A stretch of 63,829 nucleotides of DNA, counting the filler, from Octopus bimaculoides (Eukaryota), in the NCBI RefSeq assembly GCF_001194135.2. It is 6 parts of 6 records of this genome, joined end to end, with 100 filler letters (N's around TTAATTAATTAA, not from the genome) between each part and the next. Parts side by side here need not be neighbours in the genome. Positions count along the whole stretch, not along the records: positions 24,226 to 37,152 come from NC_068984.1; positions 37,253 to 44,638 come from NC_068981.1; 4 more parts are not named here. One strand, given 5' to 3'. The translations under genes and the position numbers were made by a program. Each line of letters starts with the position of its first letter. The stretch's first letter is position 1. The notes under the pieces were generated by a model. It saw nothing but the letters and a program-made list of their open reading frames with translations. It searched no databases and was not told the DNA's origin. This document shows positions 24,892 to 38,937 of this stretch, piece by piece.

Positions 24892-26429
24892 ATGCATACA
24901 TACATACATACATATAAAGTATATCGGACACACATACCCAAGGTATGTGCTTTGCTAGTTCATGGGTAGGCTGCGCTCATCAGTTCGCCAGGTGTTAAAA
25001 CACCTGGAAGTCATAGGCAAGCAATGGTGGAAATCATCTTGAAATCGAGTAAGACTGCTTCCTAAACTCAGTAAGTCCAAGCAAATGATTCATGTGTGCA
25101 AGCTGTTCCTGTGCGTAAATTTGTTTTGAGTGGATAAAGTACTGCACAGCATTGAAACCACTTTTCAGTGCAATCACCTATAAGACCAGTGGCACAACAG
25201 AAGCTGGGACAACCTGAGATTAATTGCCCTTTAGGCTTTTTGTACGCATTTACCTTCTTCTTAGAAGGAAGTTTTAATGAGGATTAGAAGTCTTTCACTT
25301 CCAGTAGTTCACATAGCTGGGAATATATCAGGTACTTGTAGACCTAAGAACAATTGTTGTAAAAAGTAGTTCCAGTTACTTCTCCACGCAGTCCATGGAT
25401 CGTATTTTCATCCATTAACCCAACCATCTATCTCAGCAGTATCGGCAAAACACTATGAATCACCAATGACATCCGATCACACAACCAGCCAGCAACAACG
25501 CGGGACAGTATCTTTAAACGCTCATCTATTTCGTTTCATTTTTGTCTGCACAGTTGTGTTCATATAGAACTCTGAACAACTTAAATTGACATTAAACAAT
25601 ACGTTGTGCCGAGGCGATATAAACATATCGAAAGAAAGAAAGAACAATGTAGAATATTTATCTTAAATTTGTTAAAGATTCATAAAGATGCTAGCGACAA
25701 AATAGTTTTAATAAACATAGCACAAATTACTGGGTTTGAATTTCCCTTCAATGATTTTCATTTAACAATAATTATTTCTATATCGAAAAGAAGAAAAGGG
25801 TAGCTGATAACAATAGTGTTTTCAGAATACAAAAATATTATTTGTGTAAAAAAATGTTATTTGTGTATATATACACACACACACACACACACACATATAT
25901 GTATCATTTATCTTTTGCTTGTTTCAGTCATATACATATATGCAAACATACATGCATACATACATATACTCACATACGTGCATACATACATACATACATA
26001 CATACATACATACATACACATACCCACATACATACATACATACATACATACATACATAATGGCCGCTTCCTCGTTCTCGAGTTTAGCCGTCGCCTGAAGC
26101 ACTTCAGAATCGGTCTCATATGTGATCAGCCCGGGTATGGATTTTCAGGCCAGTAAGTGCCCTACACTCATGTTACATCATAATTTCCCAAAAAAACATG
26201 AGCCACTTGTTGGTCTTCATGTACTGACAAGTGATATTTCAAGCACCCAGCTTATAGGCAAATAGTGCCATATTTATAACGTAATCCAAGTCAAGTATCT
26301 ATACATGACATCTTTTGTAACATTTCAGTCCCACTTTGCTGAAGTAGACTCTCCCACATTCATTGCTTGTCAGCTCACTCTGATCACCTACATTTCCCGA
26401 AAATATCAAGTCCACAACCTTTCTAGTGT

Positions 26430-27510
26430 CTCTCCTCAACTTCTCTTGATTTCTTTAGGCTTTAATTTCTAAATTTTCACTTCTGTCATATATTGCTTTC
26501 CTTCTTCCCGATCTGTTGCAGTTTCTTCCCAATCCTTTTCCGAGCTGTTAGTTTTCTTCAAAGATGTTTTTTATGAAATCTTTGAATCTCAGCTTAAGTT
26601 TATGAAGCGGACGCTTTCCATTCCTCAGTTCACCATACGGGCGTTACTTCAGAGTCCTTCAGTCCTCCATTGTCACTAAGTGACTCATTCACTGGAGAAG
26701 CGCTGCAAAATGATTGACTCGATATTTCGACAGTGACGTCTTTCAAGGACCTCAACATGACTCACATGGTTGAAGACACGACGTAGAGACACTGCTGGGG
26801 ATAGTACTCCACCAGTTTCAGATCCTTTTGGTAGGTAACCTACGTCTCACAAGTGGACAACGGGAAGGATAACACGCCTGTTAAATACATTTTTACCGTA
26901 GTATCAGTAGAGATATCATATTGAGACCATAGGCATTTTCCCAACTTTCTGAAAGCATCACCGGCTTCGCTGATATTTTGCGAGATTTCATTGTCAAGAG
27001 TGCATGGTATATTAAGGGCTCTGCTCAGATAAACAAACTTGTCCACAACTTGAAGCTTCTCACCATACACTTGGATATTTAGGTCCATGTATAGCACTCC
27101 TGGTGCAAGATATAAAAGACAACAGTCTTTTATATGTTGCATGTCTTTTTCATTGTAAACAAAGAGGCCACAGTCATCTCCGTATAGAAGTTCCCTTAGC
27201 AATGGGGATATGACTTTTGAATTTGTACTGATGCATCTTATGTTTCCAGATGTACGAAACCTGATATATATTCCATATGGACACTCATTGAAAGCCATTA
27301 CAAATAGCAGAGGAAAATACAGTGAAACGGCGTTAACGCTGAAATATTGCCTTGTTTGATGCCATTATTCACAGTAAAAGGACAAGATACATTCCCACTA
27401 ACATTCACCCAGGCCTTCATACTGTCATGTAATTGACGCAGAATTGTCACAAACTTATTTGAACACCCGAATATTACAATATCATTTCAAAGTATTCTCC
27501 ATTTGAAGCA
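26430..27510 (-). mobile_element. RTE-clade LINE RT and 3' region (degraded)
   Basis: FTVNNGIKQG, GIYIRFRTSG, RELLYGDDC, VVDKFVYL, LDNEISQNISEAGDAFRKL, DWEETATDR. Confidence 0.88.
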
Positions 27511-28229
27511 ACCCATCGGTCCAGATATATATCGGTCTTGCTTTGTATCAATAAACAAGCTTTAAATGTGATCCGATCGATGTGCTGGTTAATCTATGTT
27601 TTTCTCTATTTTCTAATTATTTATATANNNNNNNNNNNNNNNNNNNNNNNNNNNNNNNNNNNNNNNNNNNNNNNNNNNNNNNNNNNNNNNNNNNNNNNNN
27701 NNNNNNNNNNNNNNNNNNNNNNNNNNNNNNNNNNNNNNNNNNNNNNNNNNNNNNNNNNNNNNNNNNNNNNNNNNNNNNNNNNNNNNTGTTTGCATAGTAT
27801 TCAAATAGAAGGGGCAACTTCCTTGTTTCTGCCTGTCTCTGTCTCTCTTATTTACTCTTGTGGGTTCAAGGTCATATATATATATATATACATAGTTTAC
27901 AGTGCAAATATAGGTTGGATCAACAAAAAAGTATTCCATCCAGTGAGAGAGAAATATCATTTCTATTTTCCTAAAATTTTCGTTGTGTCTTGCAACCTCT
28001 CTGAAAAGTTTGCAATACGCAACGAAAATTTTAGGAAAATTAAAATAAGAAATAAGTGGAAATTTTACCGGTGAGTGTGTTAAATTATAAGGCACAAAAA
28101 GAAAATGACTCTCCCCAGACACAACAGAATATGCTTCAACACACGAACTCACATAAAGAATCTTGCAAACCAAATCCAAAAACGAAATGTGTAAATCTAG
28201 TTCTAAGTTTATCCTTTAACTTCCTAAAC

Positions 28230-28620
28230 TGATCTATGACAATGCTGTTATTCTTCCATTATTGTAGCTTAGTAGTCTCTCTAATTCTGACATTAGTATC
28301 CCTTTTTTTTTTGTTTTGTTTTTAGCTACTAAACCACTTTCAATTGTCGCTGGGGCTACAAGTGTACTCATTACTGAAATTGGGCTTGTGATCTTTGGGG
28401 TAATAAAAGCTTCACGTTTAGCTAAGCATTCTAACCTTTCATCAATTTTAGAGAGAAATTTAGCCTCATCGATAATATTGTCGTGCAGCAATTTATCATA
28501 TAAATCATTGTTGACTTCATGTAGGCTATTAGTCTCATCAGAAAATTCTAATTTGTTTTCAAAACTTTCAAAATTTCTAATATCAGATTTTAGTTAGGCT
28601 TGAAAAAGGTTATAGTAATT
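28230..28620 (-). mobile_element. Penelope-like element fragment (region before the RT core)
   Basis: LYDKLLHDNI..EAKFLSKIDERLECLAKREAFIT, followed in a shifted frame by KDHKPNF. Confidence 0.75.
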
Positions 28621-31600
28621 ACGGAATTTTATATTAGTTAATAAATCAATGAAGTGTCCAGTCTAGTATAAATGTGAATTTATGTAAACATATCTAACAA
28701 TTTTTTTTCCAAATACAAAATTAATTACTCAATATGCGAGATTTCAAAAGACATGCTTCTTTTAATTCCAAGAACATTTTCATTTGAACATAAAATTCTT
28801 GTTATGAATGAAAGATTGTTCCGTTCCAATATTCACCAGAATAAACTCTTTCATCACAATACATAAAAAAGATACCCTACTGCGTGTACTCATAATTGTT
28901 AGATTATAATTAAACAAAAACTTCAGAAAGCTCATTCCCGATCAGATTTAAATGTTCAAAAGTAATCCGATTCTTATCAACAGATGTACATTAAGAATGC
29001 TTCAGACACGATTAGACGTGTGTAATTTAGGGAAATAATTTAACATGACGTGGGAACTCTAGCTTCTTCTACATCACTCCAATAATTGTTAGTGTTATTA
29101 CGTATGAATGAAATAATGAAATGGAGCAGTTCTTTATGGACTTGAAAAACAGATGGGAACCAGCTTGGGAATAAGGATATATTTCTTTAATGCTAGAAGA
29201 AACAAATCCTTTATGCAACATTGTGAATGGCCAACAAATATATTTGTAATGCTTACGCTCTTCATAAAGCAAAAATATATTATGGACGGAAGTTATGTAG
29301 ACAGAGAGAGAAAATTCCGTGGCTTGTCGTCTTTTATAAGTTGATAGAACTCGATAACTGAATGACTGGCATTTCATTTGAATTGTTTCTCATTAATGGA
29401 AATAGAGATTCTTTGACTCGATGTATTACTTAATTCTATGCAAGCCACAAAAAAATGGGTTAAGCTCCTTGTGATTAGAGTTAATCCGTTGCCCGCTTTA
29501 ACACTGTCACCTGACCTTTGGGTACCTTTAGTGACTACACTGTTGTAAACATCCGGTTTTATCTCTGTTCAGCGGATAACTTACTCCTTGTTTCTTATCT
29601 TAAAGGCTTTTAAAAAGGATCTTGATCGCAGCCCTTTCATCATTTAATGTGATGTAGATTTTTTTTTGTTTAATAATGTCTGCTACGCAGGTTCGATTCT
29701 AAAGATTAATGCCTTTTCTTATTTTCAGCATCAAACAACAGGCTCAAGACTTTAACTTATAATGGCCGACAAGGTATCCTCAACTGGTCTTATGTGCGTT
29801 GAAAATTGAGAAAAAGAAACGAGCAGTTTATCTCCAATAAAATAGAAAGATAAGGCGTCTTAGACAAAGCATTGTCCCCAAAATAGTAAGGGGACCGCTA
29901 CACAAAGGCACCCAACCACCATGGGTTTTAAACACAGAATTCTGAACAAATAGTTTTTCAGGGTAATTTCCTGAAATAAATCACTTTCCAATATCCAAAG
30001 ACCAACATTTGACTGACTGAAAGTAAATAATGTTCATCAAAATTATATCTACGATCCAACACATAAGCGTCCATCGTTCTGAAGACATCGATGAAACAGT
30101 AACCGACTGGGGATTACTGGTGTTCAATCAGACAGAATATACTGACAAGTTTTCCAATGTTTCATCGAAACCAGTTTCTGAGTTACCACCCACTCTAGTC
30201 CGACACTCTTCACATATTTTTCAGGAGTTATTGTACTGAAAAGTCCCGTTTTTTCTTAAGCAGGAGCATTTTGCACTTACGTATTATCCATCTGTCTAGT
30301 AGCATCACATAGTCTGAAGGTCTTAGTCTTGAATTTTCTCCACTTGGTAAGAAAGTCCTTACACCAATAATTTACTGAAGGCAAATGATTTCAAATATTG
30401 ACACAGTATAATGTAGTAGAAATGGAGTAGGCCTGCAAAGCCAGCCTCTCGGTAACCAGAACTCCTTATAGTGTGATCTGCTTATAAAGAAAAAGTGAAC
30501 CTTACACAGAGATTGGCTTCACAGAGATTTCTTAGAGCATTTACTGCAATAGCAACTGATTATATCACTAATCTCCACCAAACTTGTTACATCAGAAAAA
30601 TAGCATATCATATGTGGTTAATACCATGATGTCACCTCTTTTGATCTTGCGTTGTTACCAAGGATTCGGTTGACTCTTTTTCATCCCCCACCCCTGTTGA
30701 ATGGTAACCCATAAGAGAAACACTCATGGTTTAACAACGTTTAGAAATAATGTGTTATCGTGTAATCTCCAGTCTATAACTTTTCTATAATGGTGTTAAT
30801 GCAGTCTTAGTTTTATCTAATGTGAAAAGACCTATCTGACGTGGTTGAAATTGCCAGGAAAAAAACCACGCTGGATATTTATATAAACGTAGATTCTCTT
30901 ACTAGATTAAGATAATGTAATTTGGGCGCTAACATATTTAATGCAGTGAGCCAAAGCATTTCAATTAGTCAAAATTACAACCGCAGTGATGAAAAGAGAA
31001 AAAATTAATTATTTTAATGATTAATTAGTCTTTAAGACAATTTTATCATCAATACCGATGTAATTTTAATTATAATTTCTTGGATCACTGCATTAAAATA
31101 TGTTAGAGCCTACTTTACTATTCAGCAGGCATCCTTGTGTATGCTTCTCCAGTCATTATTTTTAAGTGATATATTTTCACCCCTTCTTTCTTGCAACAGT
31201 GATTTTTGAGTTATAGTTGATATTGCTGACAGAGATACACTTTGATCGGTTAGCATGTTGCCAGCACATTGCATGAAACCAAAACCCAAGTTAGCAATCC
31301 TGCGATACACACTACTAGCTTAATTTCATACTTAATTCCAGCTGGATAACATAAAAGGCTGAAATAAAAGAAGTACTCCACCCCTTCTTTGGACTAAATA
31401 TTAAAAAGAAAGACCATAAGTAGAGGCTTTTATTATGTAACACTCACAGATCAGAGGAAATAATTAATTCTATATTAAAATATTATTTCTAACTTTGCTC
31501 TAACATAATTTTGAAGTTATAACACCTTGAAATAATTAAGTACCAACATAACAGTAACAAATTAATTATTATGACTGTTAACATTTTATTTGTTAATGGT

Positions 31601-31980
31601 TTAGTCGGGGTGGGGATATCATCCATGCTCCATGTCAGGCCCTCCAAAACTGGTGAGAGCAACGAAGGAAATTATTGTTAGCCCGGAGACCAGGCACAAA
31701 TGCTTGCAACAAAGTAGACTCTACTAAAAATAAACAAGGCCCAGACGATGGTGCAAAATAGGGAAACTGATTCTGCGAATCAATCAAGACCCATCCCTCT
31801 GATGGGCTTCCACATAATTTCCGTGTACCAAATTTCACTCACAAATTCGGTCGACCCAATGTTTTGGTACTGTAGTCGAAACCAAAATCACCCAGTTACG
31901 CACTACGATCGAATCTAAAACCCTATTTAACGAATTTAACTTCTTAAGCACAAAACCCATTCACTCGCCCATTTGTTACT

Positions 31981-32323
31981 GTTGGCACTCTGTCGCTTAC
32001 GACGTCGAGGGTTCTAGTTGATCCGATCAACGGAACAGCCTGCTCGTGAAATTAACGTGCAAGTGGCTGAGCACTCCACAGACATGTGTACCCTTAACGT
32101 AGTTCTCGGGGATATTCAGCGTAACACAGTGTGACAAGGCTGACCCTTTGAATTACAGGCACAACAGAAACAGGAAGTAAGAGTGAGAGAAAGTTGTGGT
32201 GGAAGAGTACAGCAGGGTTCACAACCATCCCCTGCCAGAGTCTCGTGGAGCTTTAGATGTTTTTGTTCAATAAACACTCACAAAGCCAGATCTGGGAATC
32301 GAAACCGCGATCCTATGACCACG
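31981..32323 (-). mobile_element. SINE family A (cut by gap)
   Basis: Closely similar to 43171-43549. Confidence 0.9.
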
Positions 32324-33513
32324 ANNNNNNNNNNNNNNNNNNNNNNNNNNNNNNNNNNNNNNNNNNNNNNNNNNNNNNNNNNNNNNNNNNNNNNNNNNNN
32401 NNNNNNNNNNNNNNNNNNNNNNNNNNNNNNNNNNNNNNNNNNNNNNNNNNNNNNNNNNNNNNNNNNNNNNNNNNNNNNNNNNNNNNNNNNNNNNNNNNNN
32501 NNNNNNNNNNNNNNNNNNNNNNNNNNNNNNNNNNNNNNNTATATATATATATATATATATATATAAAAGCAATATAAGTTGTATTTTGTATGGCCTAACC
32601 AATGGCGGAATGACAGCGCCGATAATCTTATAAAGGTGGTGGAGAAAAGAGAGAGAGAAACTGCAGTTCAACTGATATGGGTCATCCAACAGACTTTGGC
32701 AATTTCTTCTATCCATTTTCTTCTATAAGGCTTTGGTACAACTGAGATTATAGCAAAAGACTGTTTTGCCTCATGACAGGATCAAATTGAGAATCAGGGG
32801 ACTGCTGAAGTGACTACTTAACCATGTAGAACTGCTCACAGAACATGTCCCAAGCAAATCAACTTCACAATCTTTTGGTTGTCAAACATGTATGCTCTCA
32901 CTATATGTTATAACTCCAAAACTAGATTAGAACACAGACATTGTGCTCTACAGAGTGTTAAATGAATTTTGTCCGACATCTCTTAGAATATTAACAACTT
33001 TTTTTATTATTATTACTTTGAAGTGGAGGAATAGTATATAGTTCATAAGGAATTTAGTTCGTGCTTGTAACTTGGAAACAGATGGATATTTTGCACAAAC
33101 AGATTCAGATTTAAATAAGTTGTGGATGTTGTATTTGAGCGGTGGGGCTCATTATTTTTCCTCTGAGTGTACATTTCGTCTTTATAAATTTCTTATTCAC
33201 CTTTGTTAGGATTATGATTGTCGCATCCGAGCTAGTGCGACTGCTGGTGTTCTTTCTCTCTTCGATTAAGTTCGAAAGCAAACTTCTAATATTATTGATC
33301 CTACTTTCAATCATTCTCGCATCGCCGGACGTTGTTTCTTTATCTCCATTAATATGATAATTCCACGGTCTTTGCTGTTCCGAACCTCCTATTAGATATT
33401 AAACGAATGACTCGTCTTTCTGCTAATGTTCATTCTTTCACTAGCATTGTTCCCTTCATGTAAGAAGTGTTTCTGCTCTGATGGTTTCTTTTCTCGAACA
33501 TCTATCTTATTTT

Positions 33514-33764
33514 TGTAACGTTATTGTTACGTACAATAAATAATATAACCAGACAACAATAAAAAACAATGTAACGAACTAACAAATCTCTTTACAAATC
33601 AACAATCACTATTCCTTGTGAACCAACTGACCGATACCTGCTGACTTCATTGCAAACTAACACGAACTTCTCTCAACTCCGAACTCTAAACTCACGAACT
33701 CACTCGGATCATTACTATTTATACAACTGTGAGAAAGTGGAATTTCTGTTTTTTCTTCCCAGCA
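33514..33764 (-). repeat. Candidate 3' LTR (~251 bp, TG...CA) preceded by a polypurine tract
   Basis: On the minus strand GAAGGAGAGA is followed by TGCTGGG... at 33764; TATAAATA lies inside; ends ...GTTACA at 33514. No second LTR in the window to confirm it. Confidence 0.5.
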
Positions 33765-36270
33765 TCTCTCCTTCAGGTTTTTTTCTTTTTGAAAATTTAA
33801 TATCTTTTTCGTTTAGGTATAACTTCCAGATATTCAGTCTGTTTTCATTTTCTGAAGCTAGTTCTACGGGTTTCAATATCTCTCGGTGATGGCACTTCAA
33901 ACATATAGAAGATTTCCATTGGTATTACCCTCCGTTCTTCTTTGTGTCTGATCTTTACCTGGTACCGAACGTTGTCCTTTAGTTAAATACATCATGTTAC
34001 CTAATCTTTTGATTATACAGCCATCCTCCCAATCATCTTTACCATTTTTGTAATTTCTAAATTAAACTTTATCTCCTACTTCGAAATGTTTCATAATATT
34101 TCTTGTATTTCCTTCAAATGCATTTTTTGTCTTTCCTTTGTATGAATTTTCTCCTGGCAATGATTTATCGAAGATCGATTTTATTTTACGCGCGAACATT
34201 AACTCTACCGGTGACTTTACTGAATTAGTATTTAAATTTGGCGTTATTCTATATATTCTCAAAAATTTCGTTAGTGCCTCGTCGTTATCTAGCTCGTTCC
34301 TAGCTTTACTTAGAGCTCTTTTGAACGTGTCGACAAATTTTTCCACCTGCACATTTGATCTAGGGTGGTAGGGCGAGTTAAAGATGTGCTTTATGGCACG
34401 CACGTATTTAAGGCAAAAATTTCTTAATTCATATCCCGTGAATTGTGTTCCATTATCTGAATCTAACGTGTCTGGAACACCGTATCGAGCAAATAACTCG
34501 AGTAGGAACTTTATTGTTGTTTTTACTTTGGGTTTATTACATCTGCATACGTCTGGCCACTTTGTATAGCTATCCACAACGATTAGAGAGTATACGCCGT
34601 TCACATGTATCCGAGACCATGGGCTCTCAGTCCATGATTGGTATTTTACGGGTGGTGCTTTGGTTTCCAACGTGCAACCTCTACATGCTTTCACCAATTT
34701 CTTGATGCCTCTAACCATAGTCGGCCAATATACAAAGCTCCTCATTAAAGCTTTCATTCTGGACACTCTCGAGTGCCCACAGTGGAATTATTGCAATACT
34801 CGTTTCTGTAGTGCACTTGGTACAACTACTCTCTGCGCGTATATTAAGGCATCGCCGCATAGTGAGAAATTATTTGAATTTGTATTTTTATTATACTTAT
34901 TTTTCAATGTTTCTTTCGTTCTTGTATTGTAACAATCCTCTACGAATTTCATTTTTATATCATGCGCTGTCACCAGCAGTTCCTGGATTGTATTACACAC
35001 AATACCTCTTGCTTTATTTTCTGACTGCAATGATGCTATCATGGTCTCTTGTAGCGGTTCCACGCTCTTGGGAATTAGCCTCGATAAGCAGTCTGCATGA
35101 CCGATTTTCTTCGACGGAATATACATCTTAAAGTTGTAGTTCAACAATATTGTACCCCAACATTGCAGTCAGTTCGCTGTATGGGTAGGCAATCCCTTCT
35201 TTGATCCAAAAATTAATAGTAATGGTCGACGGTTGGTTTGTAACAAAAAACTTCTATCATGTAGAAATATGTGAATTTTGTTTTACTGCAAAAATATTTG
35301 ATAGAGCCTCCTTCTCGATCTGACTATACTTTTTTCCGCTGCTATCAACGAACATGAAGCATGAACTACTGGCTTCATATTTCCATATTTATACTTGTGT
35401 AGCAAGATTGCTCCTATTCCATACTCCGAAGCATCAGACGCTACAACATTGTCCATTCTTGGATCGAAATGCGATAGTGACAAGTCAGAAATAAATATTC
35501 TCTTTATGTTTTCAAATGCGTTTTGGCACTTTACTGACCAATTCCATTTTACTTCTTTTTTTAGTAAATCGTTTAATAGTGCTCTCTACTTATGAATATA
35601 TTTGGAATGCACTGTTCATAGTAATTTACTAGGCTAAGGACAGCTTGTAACGTCGGTATATTCGTTGGAGGAAGCATATTGTTGATTGCGTCTGTCCTCG
35701 ACGGATCAAGACGTCTTCTATTCTTATCTATGATTTGACCTAGGTATTTGATTTTAGGCAAAAGAAATCACACTTCTCTTCACTGAGTGTGAAACCATAA
35801 TTCTTAATTCTTTAAAGACACACTTCACGTATTCGATCTGCTCATTCCACGATTTGCTTTTCATTAATTCGTCATCAAGGTAAAGAATAGCAAATTGACA
35901 GTCTGCCAACATCGCGTCCACCACCTGTTAAAATATTGTAGGTGCTCCATCAGTCCAATAGGTGGTCTATTGTATTTGTATAGACCTATGGCGTGTTGAT
36001 TTGCAGATATACGTCAGACAGATCAAGTTTTGAAAATATTTTTCCTCCGTTTAGTTTTGTAAAAATATCTTCTGGGGTCGGTAGTGGATAATGGTTCATT
36101 TTTAGGCAGTCATTTAAACGGATCGAAAAATCGGCACACTACCTAATTTTGTTATTTTTCTTTTTTATACATACAGTCGGAGCTGCCCATTTCGCGTAAT
36201 TCACTTTTTCAATGATTCTGTTTTTTTCCAATCTGTCTAACTCAACTGCAAGAGTTCTCCACGGGGTTCT
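33514..36270 (-). mobile_element. Gypsy/Ty3 LTR retrotransposon, 3' half (RT, RNase H, integrase, 3' LTR), degraded
   Basis: WAAPTV..CADFS..YPLPTPEDIF..FSKLDLSD; VASDASEYGIGAIL; HADCLSRL; WSRIH..IVVDSYTKWP..GVPDTLDSDNGTQF..PYHPRSN..EKFV. Confidence 0.93.
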
Positions 36271-36419
36271 TGAAGCATGATCAGTAAACAAGTGTCACCT
36301 TAGTCTGCTGGCTGTGCACAACTGTCACTTTCCATCATACTCAGCAAAATAAAGCTGAAAGTTTTCATAATAATAATAATAAAAACAACAACAACAATAA
36401 TAATAATGGTGATGATAAT

Positions 36420-36641
36420 TATACCAACAGATGACAATGTTTCTCTAAAAGAAACGGAGAACCTTTGAAAATACAAAGGTCTAGAAATAGAGGTAACTTG
36501 AGGGTGGAGTCTAAAACCAGAAACAATTCCTATCATTAAGTATGTAAGCGCATTAAGTATGATAAAAAGAACATTCAGACAAAAACATAACGAAAACACC
36601 TGGACTAATAAGTATATATAACATACAGAAAATAGCACTAC

Positions 36642-36680
<39 letters not shown>

Positions 36681-37099
36681 TGTCAAAGATCACAAAGATA
36701 GTTGTCAAAGATCATGAAGAAAAAAATGCTTTCTAATTGATGTATCAATACCAGCAGATGACAACGTTTCTCTAAAAGAAATGGAAAAACTTTCAAAATG
36801 CAAAGACCTGGAAATAGAGGTAACTCGAATGTGGAATCTAAAAACAGAAACAATTCCTGTCATAGTAGGTGCCTTAGGTATAATAAAAAGATATTCAGAT
36901 AAATACATAACAAAAACACCAGGACTTACAAATATATATAACATACAGAAAATTGCACTACTGGGCACTGCACACATCCTACGCAAAACACTTTCAATAC
37001 AGTAACCATAAGAGCACCACAGCAAACCACAGCACATACCCAAGGCGCACAGAGCTGCGCTCGGTAGTGAAGTGAAAGCACGTTATAAAAATAAAACTA

Positions 37100-37100
<1 letters not shown>
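36420..37100 (+). mobile_element. Two tandem R4/Dong family 1 3' fragments separated and followed by (AAT)n
   Basis: KCFLIDVSIPADDNVSLKEMEKLSKCKDLEIEVTRMW...LRKTLSIQ*; ends AAAACTACTGA(ATA)n. Confidence 0.9.
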
Positions 37101-37152
<52 letters not shown>

Positions 37153-37320
37153 NNNNNNNNNNNNNNNNNNNNNNNNNNNNNNNNNNNNNNNNNNNNTTAA
37201 TTAATTAANNNNNNNNNNNNNNNNNNNNNNNNNNNNNNNNNNNNNNNNNNNNTGGTGTCGCATGGCCAAAGATTACCGTGAATTTTTTTAGAGACACTTT
37301 CAAATTTATCAGAATATTTG

Positions 37321-37559
37321 GACTGAAGATTGGAATAGAGAAATTTTCTTTCGCTTAACCGTGAAACGATTCGTATCCAATTAACTAAAGACTTGTTTTG
37401 TTAATGCTTTTCCCTCCGGTTTTTTGTTCTATGTGTGCCATAAATATCGCCATCCGTTTAGAGAAAAATTTGTAGTTTAGAATCAGTAGTTCTTTGACTG
37501 CTATTTCTAAATTTTCAGTATGTTGGAGAAGCAACTCAATGCTAATCCCTGTATATTTA

Positions 37560-37562
<3 letters not shown>
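37321..37562. repeat. Unclassified ~240-bp repeat ending in (TA)n; second copy at 44365-44610
   Basis: Two same-orientation copies, about 90% identical by eye. Confidence 0.8.
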
Positions 37563-37626
<64 letters not shown>

Positions 37627-38875
37627 CACAGAGAAGGGAAAAGGCAGACAGACAAACACACAGAAAAACTGACGAAAAAATAAACTACTATCGAGAAGGA
37701 TTCTAAATTTTACATCTACAATGAAAGCACCAAAACAAAAAGGTAGCAACAACGACAATAATATGAATAACTAAGCTTAGGACCATAAGAAGGTGGGAGC
37801 TGTTAAAAGATCTACTTCTACCATGACCACCACCAGTGATTTGTGATATGGTGATAACGTCTCGCATTTGTTGGTTGGATATAGTCAGTTAGATCGAAGC
37901 GGTATTCATCTGAGGTTTATTTTATCGATCTCTGAGAATTGAAAGGTAAAACGTCAACATTAGCAGGATTCGAAGTTAGAAATTGATGGTACTACCAAGC
38001 ACTTTTCCAATCGTATAAAGCTACCATTCCACTGCCCTCTCCCCAGATATTAAAATATTTAAAATATATTGAAATATTGTATGCTCTCATTTACAAACAT
38101 TATGAGTTTAAGCTATTAAAGTATACTGAAATGTAAATAACCAACGATGAAAACCAGTTTAAATCAAGCTTTAATTTACTGAAAACTTCTAACGGCAGAC
38201 TTCTGGCAGTTGCTTTTAAGAGTATTTGAAGCGGCAGTAACAGACAGCAAATGGTTATATCTCTTTGAGATGTAACCATTTCTGTCTTTATTACAATGCA
38301 ATGTTATTTACCTAGGTACATAAAATTATCATTCCCTCAACAAATTATAAAAGTACACACATATAATATTATCAGAACACTATCTCAAAATTTCGATATT
38401 TTTAAATATAATCATATGCAAAATACTTAACTATAGCCAAATATTTAATATGTCTTTTTTTTGCGAACAGAATGACGTGGCACAATGTCCGAAGATGACT
38501 GGGTTGAGTTTGCTTCCGTGTAACTGCTTTTTTCAGAAATCAGGGTTGACAAGTCAAGACTGATTTCAGGAATATCAATATTTTAAGTTGGATCATTCAC
38601 ATTATATCTAACCTTGGCTTTATCTAGAGTAATATGCGAGTGTCCGATTCCCTAACTGATACGGAATTTCTCGACCACTGGGAGAATATTTGTGATTTGG
38701 TTCCAATATTTCAACGTTTTGACCCAGTGGGTCATCCTTATTACAGATGTACGTCCTAAGCAGAGCATTTCTAGGTTTGAGACTCTAGCTTGGCAAACTC
38801 ATTCCAGTCACTTTCTTTATTTTATTTCTTTTTTATTCCTAAAAGGCTAAAAGATATTCATGAGGTATTGAGCTC

Positions 38876-38937
<62 letters not shown>

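Noticed and set aside
24940-25480. Higher-complexity island that might be an exon
   Set aside because: Stops in all frames and no family recognised.
28505-28545. Minus-strand CTGATGA-GAC...GTC, hammerhead-like
   Set aside because: No GAAA follows, and it lies within PLE coding sequence (EFSDETNSLHEV), so it is coincidental.
29050-31330. Several short unique ORFs (29153, 30030, 31122)
   Set aside because: Short, without splice support or a recognisable domain.
34018-34035. Purine run GGGAGGATGGC followed by TG, as a possible Gypsy PPT
   Set aside because: It is coding sequence (WEDGCIIKRLG) of the integrase C-terminus; the better PPT is near 33765.
38460-38780. Coding-like unique stretch 2 kb downstream of the exon
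   Set aside because: No open frame with a compatible acceptor and phase, and no recognisable motif.
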